124,000 nucleotides of DNA, taken from positions 35,484,001 to 35,608,000 of the forward strand of contig OX597815.1 in NCBI GenBank assembly GCA_951406725.2. The letters run 5' to 3'. The translations under genes and the position numbers were made by a program. The DNA comes from Octopus vulgaris. Lineage: Eukaryota. The notes under the pieces are model-generated. The model saw only the letters and a program-made list of their open reading frames with translations, was not told where the DNA came from and did no database searches. Positions 1 through 13,450 of this stretch are shown here, piece after piece; positions within the stretch are counted from its first letter, which is position 1, and each line of letters begins with the position of its first letter.

Positions 1-478
1 CACAAACACACACACATACACACACACTCACGTACAATCATATATACATATATGCATACATATATATATATATGTAAATAGATATATAAACATACGCACA
101 CGTACATATATGTATATATACGTTTATGTACATGATATATACACACGCAATTACCATATACTTGTATGTATAATATATACATACATGCATGCATGCATGC
201 ATACATACATATATACATACATACATACATACATGCAAGCATACATACATACAAACATGCATACATACATACATAGATACATACATGCAAGCATACATGC
301 ATACATACATACATAATACATACATACAAGCATACATACATACATACACACATGCACACACACATACATACATACATACATACACACACACATACATACA
401 TACACACACATACATACATACATGCATACATACATACATACATACATACATACATACATACATACATACATACATACA

Positions 479-507
<29 letters not shown>
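1..507. repeat. compound (CA)n/(TACA)n microsatellite
   Basis: Direct reading; source of the spurious MYVC/HTYI ORFs. Confidence 0.95.
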
Positions 508-511
<4 letters not shown>

Positions 512-667
512 TTATGAGCTGTTTAAAGTGTGTTGTAAAATTAGATATTTTGATAATGTTAATAATGTTGAAAATAATAACATCAGCAACAACAATGGCA
601 ATAACAACTACAACAACAACATCATAAACAACAACAATAATAAGTATTATTATTATTATTATTATTA

Positions 668-714
<47 letters not shown>

Positions 715-1747
715 ATGATAAAGGGAAAATGTCTCTAACACTTTTTTCCTTTGATGAATCATCTTTCAATTACGGGTATGAATGGTGTGAGGTAGATGAG
801 CGATTGGGATTTGTTCAAGTTTTGAGTTCAGTACGTCACTTTTCATTGAGACTGATTTTTGCCTTTCATCCTTCTCAAGTTGATAAATTACTGCGTCAAA
901 TTACTTGACTATAGATCTCTCAGACAACAAACAAAGCAGTGTAGCAAGCCAATATACTGTGCCCATGCATTTACTCTTTTTTTCTGAACCTTGTAATGAA
1001 CTAATGGAAATCCAAACCTTAACGTTTGATATCTAAGTAAAGGAACTACTATAGACAATTTTGACAGCACCATGATTTGTTAATCGAAGAGAAGAAAGAA
1101 AAAAAAATACAGATTATGTGAAGCAGTTTTCTAAATGTAAAATTTACGCTGCACTGAACATAACTGCCTGCAAACGTAAAAATCACACATAAAGGTTGAA
1201 CTACAACTGCTTGGAGGTAACCTTAATAATGAATCAACAAACTTATTTCATAGATTTGTTAGTATATGTTATGTTCTACCTAGAAGCATAGCTTATATGT
1301 TTGTTTTGTTTTGTTTTTTCATCCTCTATACTAATTTAAATTCAAAGCAATTCGATGAATTAATTTAAACCTAATGAATGGAAATGTGATCATCCAACGC
1401 TACCTCCCTCGCGGTCTTGGCAGTTAAGTAATAAGCAGAGCAACACACATTTGTCTGTCTGCTTTATCTGCTTTTCTTCTAATCATGCAGCATCTGAAAC
1501 CCCACAGTGATTTTTTTTTTCTCCAGACTATAAAATAGAAGACACTTACAATAAATATCTCATTAAATGAAGAGTAATTCTCTGTCAGGATTGCCCAAAC
1601 TATCCAATGAAGCGATTTTCCTGGGACGACAATATCATTGAAAGAGGTCTCTGACCTCTTTATAGCCAATTCATGTTTTCTTTTTCTTCTTGTTTTCTTT
1701 TTTTTTTGTTATTATTACTTTATTTATTTTTTTCACTTCATTTACAG

Positions 1748-1864
1748 TGGACTCAAGCCAATGAAAGAGCAGCTATGCGTTCGTTCGACTTACTAGACAA
1801 AGCAGCCGAATTTTCTTCAAAACACATCTTACCACCATTAAGAAGGTATTATGATGAGTTTTAA
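1748..1864 (+). CDS. possible orphan coding exon of an unidentified gene (WTQANERAAMRSFDLLDKAAEFSSKHILPPLRRYYDEF*)
   Basis: Long polypyrimidine tract (1676-1745) and CAG acceptor at 1745-1747; only frame 0 is open. Either a terminal exon or uses donor AG|GTATTA after 1845. No homologue recognised. Confidence 0.35.
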   Translation, partial: WTQANERAAMRSFDLLDKAAEFSSKHILPPLRRYYDEF

Positions 1865-2447
1865 CATAAACGCTGCTTCACTTTTAAGGGAAGCAGTGAA
1901 TCGAACGATCACCCAACACGTTTTTGCTATTATTAATAACCGAGATTGATTTTTGCTTTCTGCCTTTTGGAGTCGATAAGATAAGTACTATTCAAACATT
2001 GGGGTCGATATAATCACAACCCCCAAATTTCAAGCCTTGTGCTTATAACAGAAAGAATCATTAAAATATTGGTTTCAAATTTTAGCATAAGGCCAGCAAT
2101 TTCGGGGGGTGGGGATAGATCGATTACATCAATCCTAGTGTTCAACTGGTACTTCTTTTATCGACCTCTGCAGGATTTGAACTCAGAACGTAAAGACGGA
2201 CGAAATGCTGCCTGACATGCCAAAGATTTTGCCAGATCACCCCTTAAGAATTATTGAAATATTGGTTTCAAATTTTGGCACATGGGCCAGCAAATTCGAG
2301 AGAAGGGGTAAGTCGGTTACATCAACATCAATCTTATAAATATTAACCAAAATGAAGATTGACGTGTTTATTTTTGGACCTGTTGAAGATACACAAGATA
2401 TTGAAATATCGTTCCCTTCATGACAATAGCACTCTTCTTTTTTTTGC

Positions 2448-2489
<42 letters not shown>

Positions 2490-2500
2490 CATCATCATCA

Positions 2501-2540
<40 letters not shown>

Positions 2541-2551
2541 CATCATCATCA

Positions 2552-2593
<42 letters not shown>

Positions 2594-2594
2594 T
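2448..2594. repeat. (ATT)n/(ATC)n microsatellite
   Basis: Direct reading. Confidence 0.95.
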
Positions 2595-3067
2595 ATGTTT
2601 GACTTTTGCTTTATGTCTGTACAAGTTGGCTCCAAGTCTCACCCAGAGACCTCAAGAGACAACAGGTTGGAAGTTCTGTGCCATATATTTGGGGGTTTTT
2701 TTGTTGTTTTTTTTGGTGTTGTACTAGTGAATGTCTAATACATAAAAATAAAAAATAAAATAAAAAATTAAAATTAAAAATAAAATTAAAAATTAAAAAA
2801 TTTTTTTTTTTAAAGTTTGTTCTAAACCTTGGGATTACATAGAGAGTATTTTGCGTAGGATATGAGCAGTTCCTATGAGCACTATCTTTTGAATTTCTGC
2901 CATTTTGGGGTTTCCTGGTATCAGAGTTAGATAGCAATCAGTCCCTTTCGCTATCATTCCCAGGGCACCTATGACAACAGGTATTGTTTTAGTCTTCAGC
3001 TTCCACATTTTGCTGATTTCTATTTCAAGATCTTTATATTTGCTCAGTTTTTGGTAGGTCTTGACAG
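2595..3067 (-). mobile_element. 3' fragment of R4/Dong-like non-LTR retrotransposon (RLE clade)
   Basis: Minus strand encodes [31 protein letters not shown]...EIQKIVLIGTAHILRKILSM*, the typical RLE-LINE C-terminus; both ends abut (TAA)n arrays. Confidence 0.75.
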
Positions 3068-3068
3068 A

Positions 3069-3132
<64 letters not shown>

Positions 3133-3690
3133 GAGTGAGAGAGCAGTTCATGCCATCAAAGTGACACTGGGGTAAAATATACGAAGCCCAGTATACCCAT
3201 CATGACTACCCGTCTGATAAGGGTACACCAGGCACATGCATCACAACCATATGTGCGCGACATGGTGATCTCATATCAAGATAAACAGCACATGACCTAG
3301 CAGGTGGGGCCCAGTTAGAATTTTCTTCTGGTCGAGTAACCCACCACGCTCAAAAGGTCCCTGAATAAGGGTTGTTTAAGGATGTTGAATGAAACACCCA
3401 TGTTTCCATAGGTGAGTTATTCAAACCCCGAAGAATCCCTCTCAACACATGGCTATGATGCTCCCCTACTACTTCTGCTCGTGATCAGAGTTGCACATAT
3501 CGTCAGCCACTAAGGGACATGCTCAACTGGTTACGGTCAAACAACTGACAAGCAAATCTGTGATATTGAGCAGAATATTTGCTGTAGCCCATCTTTTATA
3601 CCAAGACAAAACAATGTACATGATAACACTTCCAATCAGTTAAGATCAGAAGCCACGAGAGCCACTGCCTGGTACTGCATCAGAGCATTT
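3133..3690. mobile_element. about 560-bp non-coding interspersed element embedded in (TAA)n
   Basis: Highly similar copy at 112669-113210 and partial copy at 25678-25900; flanked on both sides by (ATT)n. Confidence 0.8.
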
Positions 3691-3705
3691 ATACTGCATT
3701 ATTAC

Positions 3706-3772
<67 letters not shown>

Positions 3773-3773
<1 letters not shown>

Positions 3774-4170
3774 GGTGGCGAGCTGGCAGAAACGTTAGCA
3801 CGCCGGGCGAAATGCTAAGCGGTATTTCGTCTGCCGTTACGTTCTGAGTTCAAATTCCGCCGAGGTCGTCTTTGCCTTTCATCCTTTCGGGGGTCGATAA
3901 ATTAAGTACCAGTTACGCACTGAGGTCTATATATTCGACTTAATCCGTTTGTCTGTCTTTGTTTGTCCTCTCTGCGTTTAGCCCCTTGTGGGTAGTAAAG
4001 AAATAGGTATTTCGCCCCCGTCGCTACATTCTGAATTCAAATTCCGCCGAAGTCGACTTTGCCTTTCATCCTTTCAGGTTCTATAAATTAAGTACCAGTG
4101 GAACACTGGGGTCGATTTAATTGACACATCCCCTCCCCCAAAATTGCTATCCTTGTGGCAAAATTTGAAA
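3773..4170 (+). mobile_element. tRNA-derived SINE family A, one full copy plus a tandem partial copy
   Basis: Head ggtggcgagctggcagaaacgttagc, B-box-like gagttcaaattcc, central ctttcatcctttcggggtcgataaattaagtacc (resembles the MetaSINE central domain as recalled), tail aaagaaatag; many copies in the window. Confidence 0.85.
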
Positions 4171-4377
4171 CCATCATTATTATTATTATTATTATTATTA
4201 TTACATAATATTTTGTCTATAAACTCAGTCTTGTGGACAATAGAGGGTTTCCGCAGGTTCACTACATTTACGGTAGCTAGACTGACAAAGAACTGATTCT
4301 GCAACTTGGGCAGAACAGATATCACAAGGGATTTCTTTTAAAAGTACCAATTTCTCACTTTTGTTTCCATTGTTTAC

Positions 4378-4561
4378 AGTATGTATGTATGTATGTATGT
4401 ATGTATGTATGTATGTATGTATGTATGTATGTATGTATGTATGTATGTATGTATGTATGTATGTATGTATGTATGTATGTATGTATGTATGTACGTATGT
4501 ATGTATGTATGTATGTATGTATGTATGTATGTATGCAGGTATGTACATATGTATGAATGTA

Positions 4562-4647
<86 letters not shown>

Positions 4648-4650
4648 TAT
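4378..4650. repeat. (GTAT)n then (TA)n microsatellite
   Basis: Direct reading. Confidence 0.95.
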
Positions 4651-5318
4651 ATAGAGAGATATACATATTATATAATATATATTACAAAACCTTAATTTTG
4701 AATTAAATAAGAATGTAAATATATTCTTTCTATGCTGTTAATGTTCGGAAAAAAGAGAGATGTTTGGACTGTTTCATTGTTTGTTTTCTTCTCTTTACAC
4801 CAGAAGTGCACAGGTTCTTTTCCACTAACCAACAGTACATATCAACTGATATATAAAACAATCATAAACTAAGCCAACTCGTAAGAGGGTAGCAGGTGGT
4901 TTCTCATTAATTAAATGATATCTATCTATTTTCGTGTGTAACACAGAAGGATTGAAAAGAAGTTAAAGATTGTAAAGTCCCGTTGTGTATTAAATAAAAA
5001 TGCAAACTCGTTTTTCTATACTATTGATTGTAGAAAAAGAAGGAGAGAGTCTCTAGACCATTTCTCTAGACCATTTCACGTTTGTGAAGCTCGTCAGAGA
5101 AGTGATACTCAGCTTTTTGCCTTAATCAAAAGCATATCTTGATATAAAGCTGCTATAAATTAGACCGGCACATTAGTAACATCATCCATCGTGGGACTCC
5201 CTCTCACTTTTTTCTGTACATCAATAGCATAGGTAAATGTGCTTACATTCTTATTTAACTCACAGTGAGGATTTATAATATCTAAATTTATTTCAGTTCT
5301 TCTGTGCATAAAGTAAGC

Positions 5319-5368
<50 letters not shown>

Positions 5369-5490
5369 CGCGATCACCGTGACCGACCAGGCTATCAGAT
5401 GTTGCTACACATCGCTGGTCACAATGCGCTTCGCATTGTTTTAACCTTCAAATTACGCCACTCCGCTGGCTAAGCAAGCAGGCCAATATA

Positions 5491-5526
<36 letters not shown>

Positions 5527-5950
5527 TGTATGTATGTATGTATGTATATATATACATATATATATATGTGTGTATGTGTGTGTGTGTGTGTATATATATA
5601 TATACACACGTACGTATGCATAAATATTATAGAAGTATATACACATACATATATATACATACATAAACATACATATACACACATATATGTATATGTATGT
5701 CTACATAAATATACACAGTAACACCTACATATTACATACACACACAGACATACATGCATGCATATATATACATAGATATATACATGCATACATACATACT
5801 TACATACATACATATACACACATACATGCACACGGACAGATATATAAGAGTGTGGTAAAAGACATCTAGCAAAGGAATCGCAGTGAGATCGAACTCCAAC
5901 CAGTGGGCTGTGTGACAAACTCCTTGACTCTACAACCATGCCAAGGTACA

Positions 5951-6382
5951 AGGTGGCGAGCCGGCAGAAACGTTAGCACGCCGGGCGAAATGTTTAGAAG
6001 GTGGCGAGCCGGCAGAAACGTTAGCACGCCGGGCGAAATGTTTAGAAGGTGGCGAGCCGGCAGAAACGTTAGCACGTCGGGCGAAATGTTTAGAAGGTGG
6101 CGAGCCTGCAGAAACGTTAGCACGCCGGGCGAAATGTTTCGAAGGTGGCGAGCCGGCAGAAACGTTAGCACGCCGGGCGAAATGTTTAGAAGGTGGCGAG
6201 CCGGCAGAAACGTTAGCACGCCGGGCGAAATGTTTAGAAGGTGGCGAGCCGGCAGAAACGTTAGCGCGCCGGGCGAAATGTTTCGAAGGTGGCGAGCCGG
6301 CAGAAACGTTAGCACGCCGGGCGAAATGTTTAGAACGTGGCGAGCCGGCAGAAACGTTAGCACACCGGGCGAAATGTTTAGC
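5951..6382 (+). repeat. tandem array of 9 x 48-bp SINE-A head units
   Basis: Unit aggtggcgagccggcagaaacgttagcacgccgggcgaaatgtttaga; period 48 verified; continues into the SINE body. Confidence 0.95.
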
Positions 6383-6750
6383 GGTATTTCGTCTGCGTTA
6401 CGTTGAGTTCAAATTCCGCCGAGGTCGACTTTGCCTTTCATCCTTTCGAGGTCGATAAATTAAGTACTAGTTACGCACTGGGGTCGATGTAATCGACTTA
6501 ATACCTATGTCTGTCCTTGTTTGTCCCCTCTGTGTTTAGCCCCTTGTGGGTAATAAAGAAATGGGTATTTCGTCTGTCTTTACGTTGAGTTCAAATTCCG
6601 CCGAGGTCGACTTTACCTTTCATCCTTTCGGGATCGATTAAATAAGTACCAGTTACGCACTGGGGCCGATGTAATCGACTTAATACCTATGTCTGTCCTT
6701 GTTTGTCCCCTCTATGTTTAGCCCCTTGTGGGTAATAAAGAAATAGGTAT
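6383..6750 (+). mobile_element. SINE family A body, duplicated in tandem
   Basis: Body and tail at about 6383-6560, second body at about 6565-6745. Confidence 0.85.
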
Positions 6751-7438
6751 ATGTATAATTGAGTGTAATTCGTTTTATCGTCTCGCTAAACAATGGAAAG
6801 TAAAGGAACTTGACAGGATTTGAACTCAGAAACTAAATGGATGTAACTAAGTACTACCGGTCCACCGACTTTACGTCACCACTGCCTTTCTATTGATTTT
6901 ACCGCACTCGTAATAATGGTGATGATAATGAGTGTCCTTAACATAAACACAAGACCTCACATTTTGAGCGATGCGATTTAGTTGTTTATATCTATCCCAG
7001 TAAATGGCTAGTACTTCATCTATTCAACTCCGGAAACATAAACAGAAAAGCTGACCTCAGCATGATTTGAACGGAGAATGTGAGGAGCCTATAAAAATAC
7101 TGCAAGTCACTTTATCCGGCTCTGTAACGATTTAGCCAAAAGAACAAAGGCAACGATAACATTATATTAATATTGCCACACACATATACAAGAATTATGA
7201 AGCAAATCTGAATCATTTCTCGCTTTTATGTTTTTACCGCCCCCTTTATTTTTTTCACGCTTGCCCCATAACCCACTGCAATAATTCATGTGGGGGGTGT
7301 TTTTTATGCTTTTCCAGAGGTTTTCGATGAATTCTTTGCAAACAGATTATTATTTTTTCCTTCCTTTCTTTCGTGTAATTAGTCAATAGACATGTGGGTT
7401 GTTGTCTGGAATCGGTCGTGCTGCAAAGAAAATCGATT

Positions 7439-7461
7439 TGAGTCAGAGAAATGACGTCATT
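7439..7461. promoter_or_regulatory. adjacent AP-1 site and perfect CRE palindrome
   Basis: TGAGTCA at 7439-7445; 12-bp palindrome AATGACGTCATT at 7450-7461, in non-repeat sequence. Confidence 0.3.
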
Positions 7462-7675
7462 GCAAGAACGCTCGATCAATGAAAAGTCTGCTGGCTATGG
7501 CAGTACATATAGACTAGACAACACTGAGAATTTTTTTTTTCCGTATTAAATACTAGTCCTGTTTATATATATTCATATTATGGTTTGTATGTTTTAGTAC
7601 ATGCTTGTGTGTGTGTGTGTGTGAATGTGTATGTATATATAGAAAACATATAAATATATACATATATACGTGTGT

Positions 7676-7717
<42 letters not shown>

Positions 7718-7824
7718 TGCTTGTATGTACTATGTACGTATGTATGTAGACAGACAGACAGACAAACAGACGGATGGATAGATGGATGGATGGATGGATG
7801 GATGGATGGATGGATGGATGGATG

Positions 7825-7891
<67 letters not shown>

Positions 7892-7921
7892 CGATAGATG
7901 GATGGATGGATAGATGGATGG

Positions 7922-7952
<31 letters not shown>

Positions 7953-8045
7953 GATAGATAAATAAATATTCATTATACATGGTGTGAGCGTGGGTGTACA
8001 TGTGTATGTATGTGTGTGTGAGTATTTGTGTTTGCGTGTGTGTGT

Positions 8046-8105
<60 letters not shown>

Positions 8106-8351
8106 GATATTAGATGCTAGATACTTCTGCCTGCAGGTATGGCTATTTAGAAGTTCGCGTTGTACCTTGGTCAAGTGTCGTCTATAGCATCAGGTTGATT
8201 AATACCGTTCGAGTAGGATTTGATAAATGGAAACAGTACAAGAGTTTGGCATATATGTTCATGTATACATACTTAAAATCATTATAAACTTAAACTCATT
8301 CATGGTGCCCCAGCATGGCCACAGCTCATAAGCTGAAACTGGAATCAATCA

Positions 8352-8414
<63 letters not shown>

Positions 8415-8662
8415 GTATCTATGCATGTAGTGTGTGTGTATATATTTATGCATGCAAATATATATGTGTATGTATGTATATATATTTATATTTATATATA
8501 TATATATATATATGCTTAATACATATATGATTACATATACATGTGCATACACAAATTTGCAACACTTCTTATATGCATATGTATACTGGGTATGTATAAA
8601 AGCAGGCCATTACATGCTTGCACACACTTATATATATGAGTGTGTGTGTGTGTGTGTGTGTA

Positions 8663-8732
<70 letters not shown>

Positions 8733-8749
8733 TGTGTGTGTGAACTAGC

Positions 8750-10660
8750 TAACACTCTCGCAAACGCATTTATTGAGGGAAACGTCAATGTACTTAACAC
8801 CTCCGGGTATCAAAATGGTACCGATCGGGTGACGGGTAGTGACACAAAGCACACTCTCTTTACGTGGTAAACAATCCACACCAATACACGTACACATATC
8901 TCGCCAAAACTCTTCTCTTGGCATGACTTGCTCCTCTCCACACCTAGCTACTACCACTACTACTACTACAGCCAATAGACAAAAAATTCTTTAACAACTT
9001 TCTTTTCGGATCACCTACCAATTTTCATCACAAAACACTCGTACACGAATGAACAGAGCAAAACAAAAATGTACAGTACAATGAGTTCCACCAAGAAATG
9101 AAATCCAAGAAATGGAATCTACAAAATAATTCTTGATGCATTTAAAATGAGGCAACATCAATAATTACACACCAGAAATAGGTCTCATTAAAACCAGAAA
9201 GAACCCCAAACACGACACAACAAAACTACACTATACCAAAAGTCAGCCTCGAATTAAACAAGGAAATAAAATATAATAATTATTGGCTAAACTGGCAATA
9301 TAATAAATCATAGCAAAATAGAAAACTGGCTAACACTTGTATCCAATATATACCTATTTCTTTACTACCCACAAGGGGCTAAACACAGAGGGGACAAACA
9401 AGGACAGACAAACGGATTAAGTCGATTACATCGACCCCAGTGCGTAACTGGTACTTAATTTATCGACCCCGAAAGGCAAAGTCGGCCTCGGCGGTTTTCT
9501 TTTTTGGGAAGAGAAAAAAAAAGGAAAAAAGAAAGAAAAAGGTGCGATAGGTTTTCGATCAAAAGGGATCGTAAAAGGGAAAGAAGAAAAACACAAAAAA
9601 ACGATCAATAGGGATCGTGTATCACAGTGTCATGATATAAAATGTAAAGGGGGAAGCAGATAAGATTTATCCGGGAGAAGAAAAGCCTACGGAAAAGACC
9701 ACGGTAACCTCCGTCAATAATGTTACATGTTACCACATTTGTTTGCAAGTAGGTAACCTGCTGTTTTAAATTTACTCAAGGTGGCTTCGTCATTCATACG
9801 TGCCAGATAGATATAGATATAGATATATGCCGCATCCACCTTGGTTATAAATTTCATCTGATACCTCATGAACCAGTAAGGAAATTTTAAAACTCCCAAA
9901 TACTCAGGGCCAGACGAAATCACAAACATACACCTAAAACTTCTCGACCTAGCATTTTTTACATTTACAGAATCAAGAAGCTGGACAAAACTGAGACTTC
10001 TAAACGTAACAAAATCCCTCTTGAAGTTACTTTTGGAGATCCATCATCTTGTACACACCCTCAAAACCTCTAGATAAATTCATTCCTAACATCTGTAACT
10101 ACTTCGTGTTATGATTTAATTCAGCGTCAAATCACAACTAGAATCGATCACCACACTATTTACATATGTGACGGAAAATATACGATGGATTCGCTAACAC
10201 TTCTTACACGTGTCATTCTATCATCAACTCAGCAGTAAAGCTTTCGACTCTGTTTCCCGCTCTCCGCTCATACAAACAAAAATACTCAGCACCACCTTAG
10301 GAAATAACATACAACTCTATCAAGCAATTTCTTAGGCTGCCAAACCTATTCAGTGTACCAAACTTCAGAACCTGTAAATAGTGTATCAAGGGGATCTGTC
10401 CGTTCACTCACAATTTTCACTTTATGCTTACACCACCGCAAAACATACGTACAGCCTCTCGTAGACAAATGATATCACACATTTTCCCACCATTTTTCAA
10501 ACACTGCTCTACAACCACTCCGAGTCTATTTAGATCACTCAGAAACTTGATTCCTCGACAGATTCAAATTAGGGCATAAATTAAATCAAATACAACCAAC
10601 TACCTCACTCGACAGTGTACATATACCGAGCGCGCGCAAGACACACACAGAAGACAAAAA
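8750..10660 (+). mobile_element. highly decayed APE-type LINE
   Basis: Residual peptides FIEGNVN (endonuclease GDFN-like, about 8770) and KTPKYSGPDEITNIHLKLL (RT start, about 9890-9946). Confidence 0.45.
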
Positions 10661-11063
10661 TATTAGGAATTACATACAAGTCCTCCACAACATTTGCAAC
10701 GCATAGAAGACATAATAAAAAACGCAAGACTATGCACAAGCAGTAAAGGTGTCATTTCATAACAGAAAGACGCAACAACAATGGTGTACAAGCAACATAT
10801 TAAATCACGGACTGTGTCAGGCCTGCCTGGGCCCCAATTTTCTTTACAACAAAGCACAACAAACTCAAAGAGGACAAACAGTGTACTACACGTCACAAAA
10901 CAGTGCACCAAACCTCCTGGCCACTTACACAACAAAAACAAAATGCTAAAAATAATAGACCTCCTCGACTGGTACAGTTTGCTGTAGCTCAACCAGCCAA
11001 TCACTACCACTACATTAAATGCCTTCCAAACATAAAGATACATATATAAAAAAATCTTTCTAA

Positions 11064-11215
11064 AAGCATAATGAACACATACAAGCATAATGAACACATA
11101 TAAGCATAATGAACATATACAAGCATAATGAACATATACAAGCATAATGAACATATACAAGCATAATGAACATATACAAGCATAATGAACATATACAAGC
11201 ATAATGAACACATAC
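11064..11215. repeat. 19-bp minisatellite, 8 copies (aagcataatgaacatatac)
   Basis: Counted directly. Confidence 0.95.
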
Positions 11216-12299
11216 ACACAGAAACAGGCAACATCAGCAGCTTCACTGACCTTGCTACGTTGTAATATACAATGCACACTACTAGCTATAAGTACAGAGT
11301 AGCAATAACTACCTCGTTCACCTCCACTGAGGCTACCACAATAATTTTGTGTGAAAAGGAATAGACTAAACATTGAAGAGAATGCAATATGTTCACACTG
11401 ACACGCTGCACTTCATGCTATTCTTCAATGCATGTAGACGAGCGTAGTGTGATCCTTATAAGAAGACATGGTATCACTAAGAAAATTGATTTGTGAGTCG
11501 CACTTCGACCGACAACCTGTATTCCATAAAACTGCTTGAGTAGGACTGACCTAAGGGAACACATCAACATCAGCTGCCAGCAGGGGCTCACTCTTATTCA
11601 ACAATACCAGAATGTTTCCTCTAACAAAAAACAAACTTTGCATCCATCGACTCAACCAGATTGAAGGTATTTTCCAATATTTATTTAGAAAGGTAGATTG
11701 AAAGAATCGGTAAAGCGCAAGAAAATGACATGCATGCTCTCACATCAAACTAATTCACAACACAAGATTTTCACAAACTCTTTTTCTGTATTTAAAAAAA
11801 AAATGTGTCAACTTATGTTACAGGCTTAAGTCTACAAGACAAAAACATGTCTTTAGTTGTCCCTTGCCTGCAAAGATCACACATTTTCCTGAGCATGTAA
11901 ATAAACTTTGACTTATTAATTCTTAATCTTTTTTAAAATTATCTCTCTTTTTCTTTAGAAGTCACTAAAATTGTCACTAGGCCTTTGTTTTCTTTCTCCA
12001 GCTAAAAAGGAAATTTCAGTCAACTAAGAATGTCTTGCATCCAGTGCTTAATGTATGACTCTTTAATTTATTTATACAAATTCACACCATTGACTCATTT
12101 GAATTATTTCCCTTATCTCATTCTATTGTTGTTTTTTTTATTGTCTTATTGCTTTTACACTTTCCTGTGCTCTGCTTTGCATGAAGCCTTCAAACATGGT
12201 AAAATATCAATAATTTAATCTTCATTAAAGAACTGTTGTGTATAGTGTAATTTTGTTTCATGTTAAATTTTTTAGTTACCGCTTATATAATTACTATAA

Positions 12300-13450
12300 T
12301 TTAGTTACCCTTTCAATGCCGCGTCTCTGGTACCTAAGACGACAATTAATATAATGTCAAACGCTACCTAGCCTATGGTATGCCTGCACTTAATTATATC
12401 AGTTGTAGCATTTGATGGGTGATCATAGATGAAAGACTGCTTTATTTCAGAGAAATTATTTGGCACAGTCCCAAATTCAACGTTTTCCGCCCATTTGCTC
12501 ATAAATGACCGTCTCTGGTCGATGAAAGCATATAATCCTTACCTTTTGAGCTTGATTAAGGCAACCCACCTCACATCACCTTGCTGCACGCCGTGCTCTC
12601 CTCGAAACCTTTCGTAGTTCAGGTTTCAATTTCATTACTGTATGCTGACCACCTTTAGCTAAGCAGATAACTTACACTATTGTTTTAAGTGTGTTTATCC
12701 ACATCTTTCAAACCCCTTAAATAAAACCCTCAACTCTTAACTTCGAGTGATGAACCCTATATACAGCACGTGGAGGGAATCTCTCTCTATCAGAAAACTG
12801 GAAGGTGTTTATCTATCCCTGCAACACCTACGAGACAACCATCGGTTGAATTAACTGATACATTTGTACATCGTATGACCTACAAACCGATCCCTTGTCT
12901 AGAGAATCTCTACCAACCTTACAACATCCTTCTACTCGCCATCTATTTCTTATCCCTTGGATCGGTAGCCTATTTCTTATCTCTTGGATCAGATCGCACC
13001 GCTTCAGCATATGTTGACGGAGTTCATTCTGTTTCATTTTCAATCAACTCTTGTGTTCGATAGACTTCGGTGCTGTCCCTGACTCTCTTTCTTCGATGCA
13101 TTAATGACCTACTTTCCACCAAATCCGACAACACCGTTTATGCAAATGTCAGGATCCTTCATTCTTAACCATGCATTATTTACATGCAACCTAAATATCA
13201 CACGCCAGATCTGTATTGATTCCATAAACGGAGCAATCTCCTACGGAGTCATGCGTACTTTATCTCTTAACTTCCAAACAAGCTCAAGCACTACTTATAT
13301 TAAGAAAACACCTCATCCCTTCGACTCGACCCTTCACATTTGCTCCAAATGCTGGGTTTCACTATTACCGAGGATTTCTCTTGACGAAAGCACAACTTTA
13401 GCATAGCTAGGACCGCATCCCAGAAAATATAACCAGAATACATTTCAGTC
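12300..13450 (-). mobile_element. possible decayed LINE reverse transcriptase
   Basis: HGVQQGDV (GVxQGD RT motif) on the minus strand at 12572-12595; otherwise degenerate. Confidence 0.3.

Noticed and set aside
1424-1669. 81-aa minus-strand ORF with a hydrophobic stretch
   Set aside because: No recognisable family or splice context; overlaps low-complexity intron-like sequence
4244-4275. GTGAACCTGCGGAA on the minus strand resembling the 18S rRNA 3' end
   Set aside because: Match of only about 14 nt; no flanking rRNA similarity
4225-4380. Cys-rich peptide CDICSAQVAESVLCQSS resembling a B-box
   Set aside because: Ligand spacing incomplete; begins in a microsatellite; no splice support
5866-6406. 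165-aa and 167-aa repeat-protein ORFs, or a CRISPR-like array
   Set aside because: Direct tandem of a SINE head with no spacers; frames are open only because the period is 48 nt
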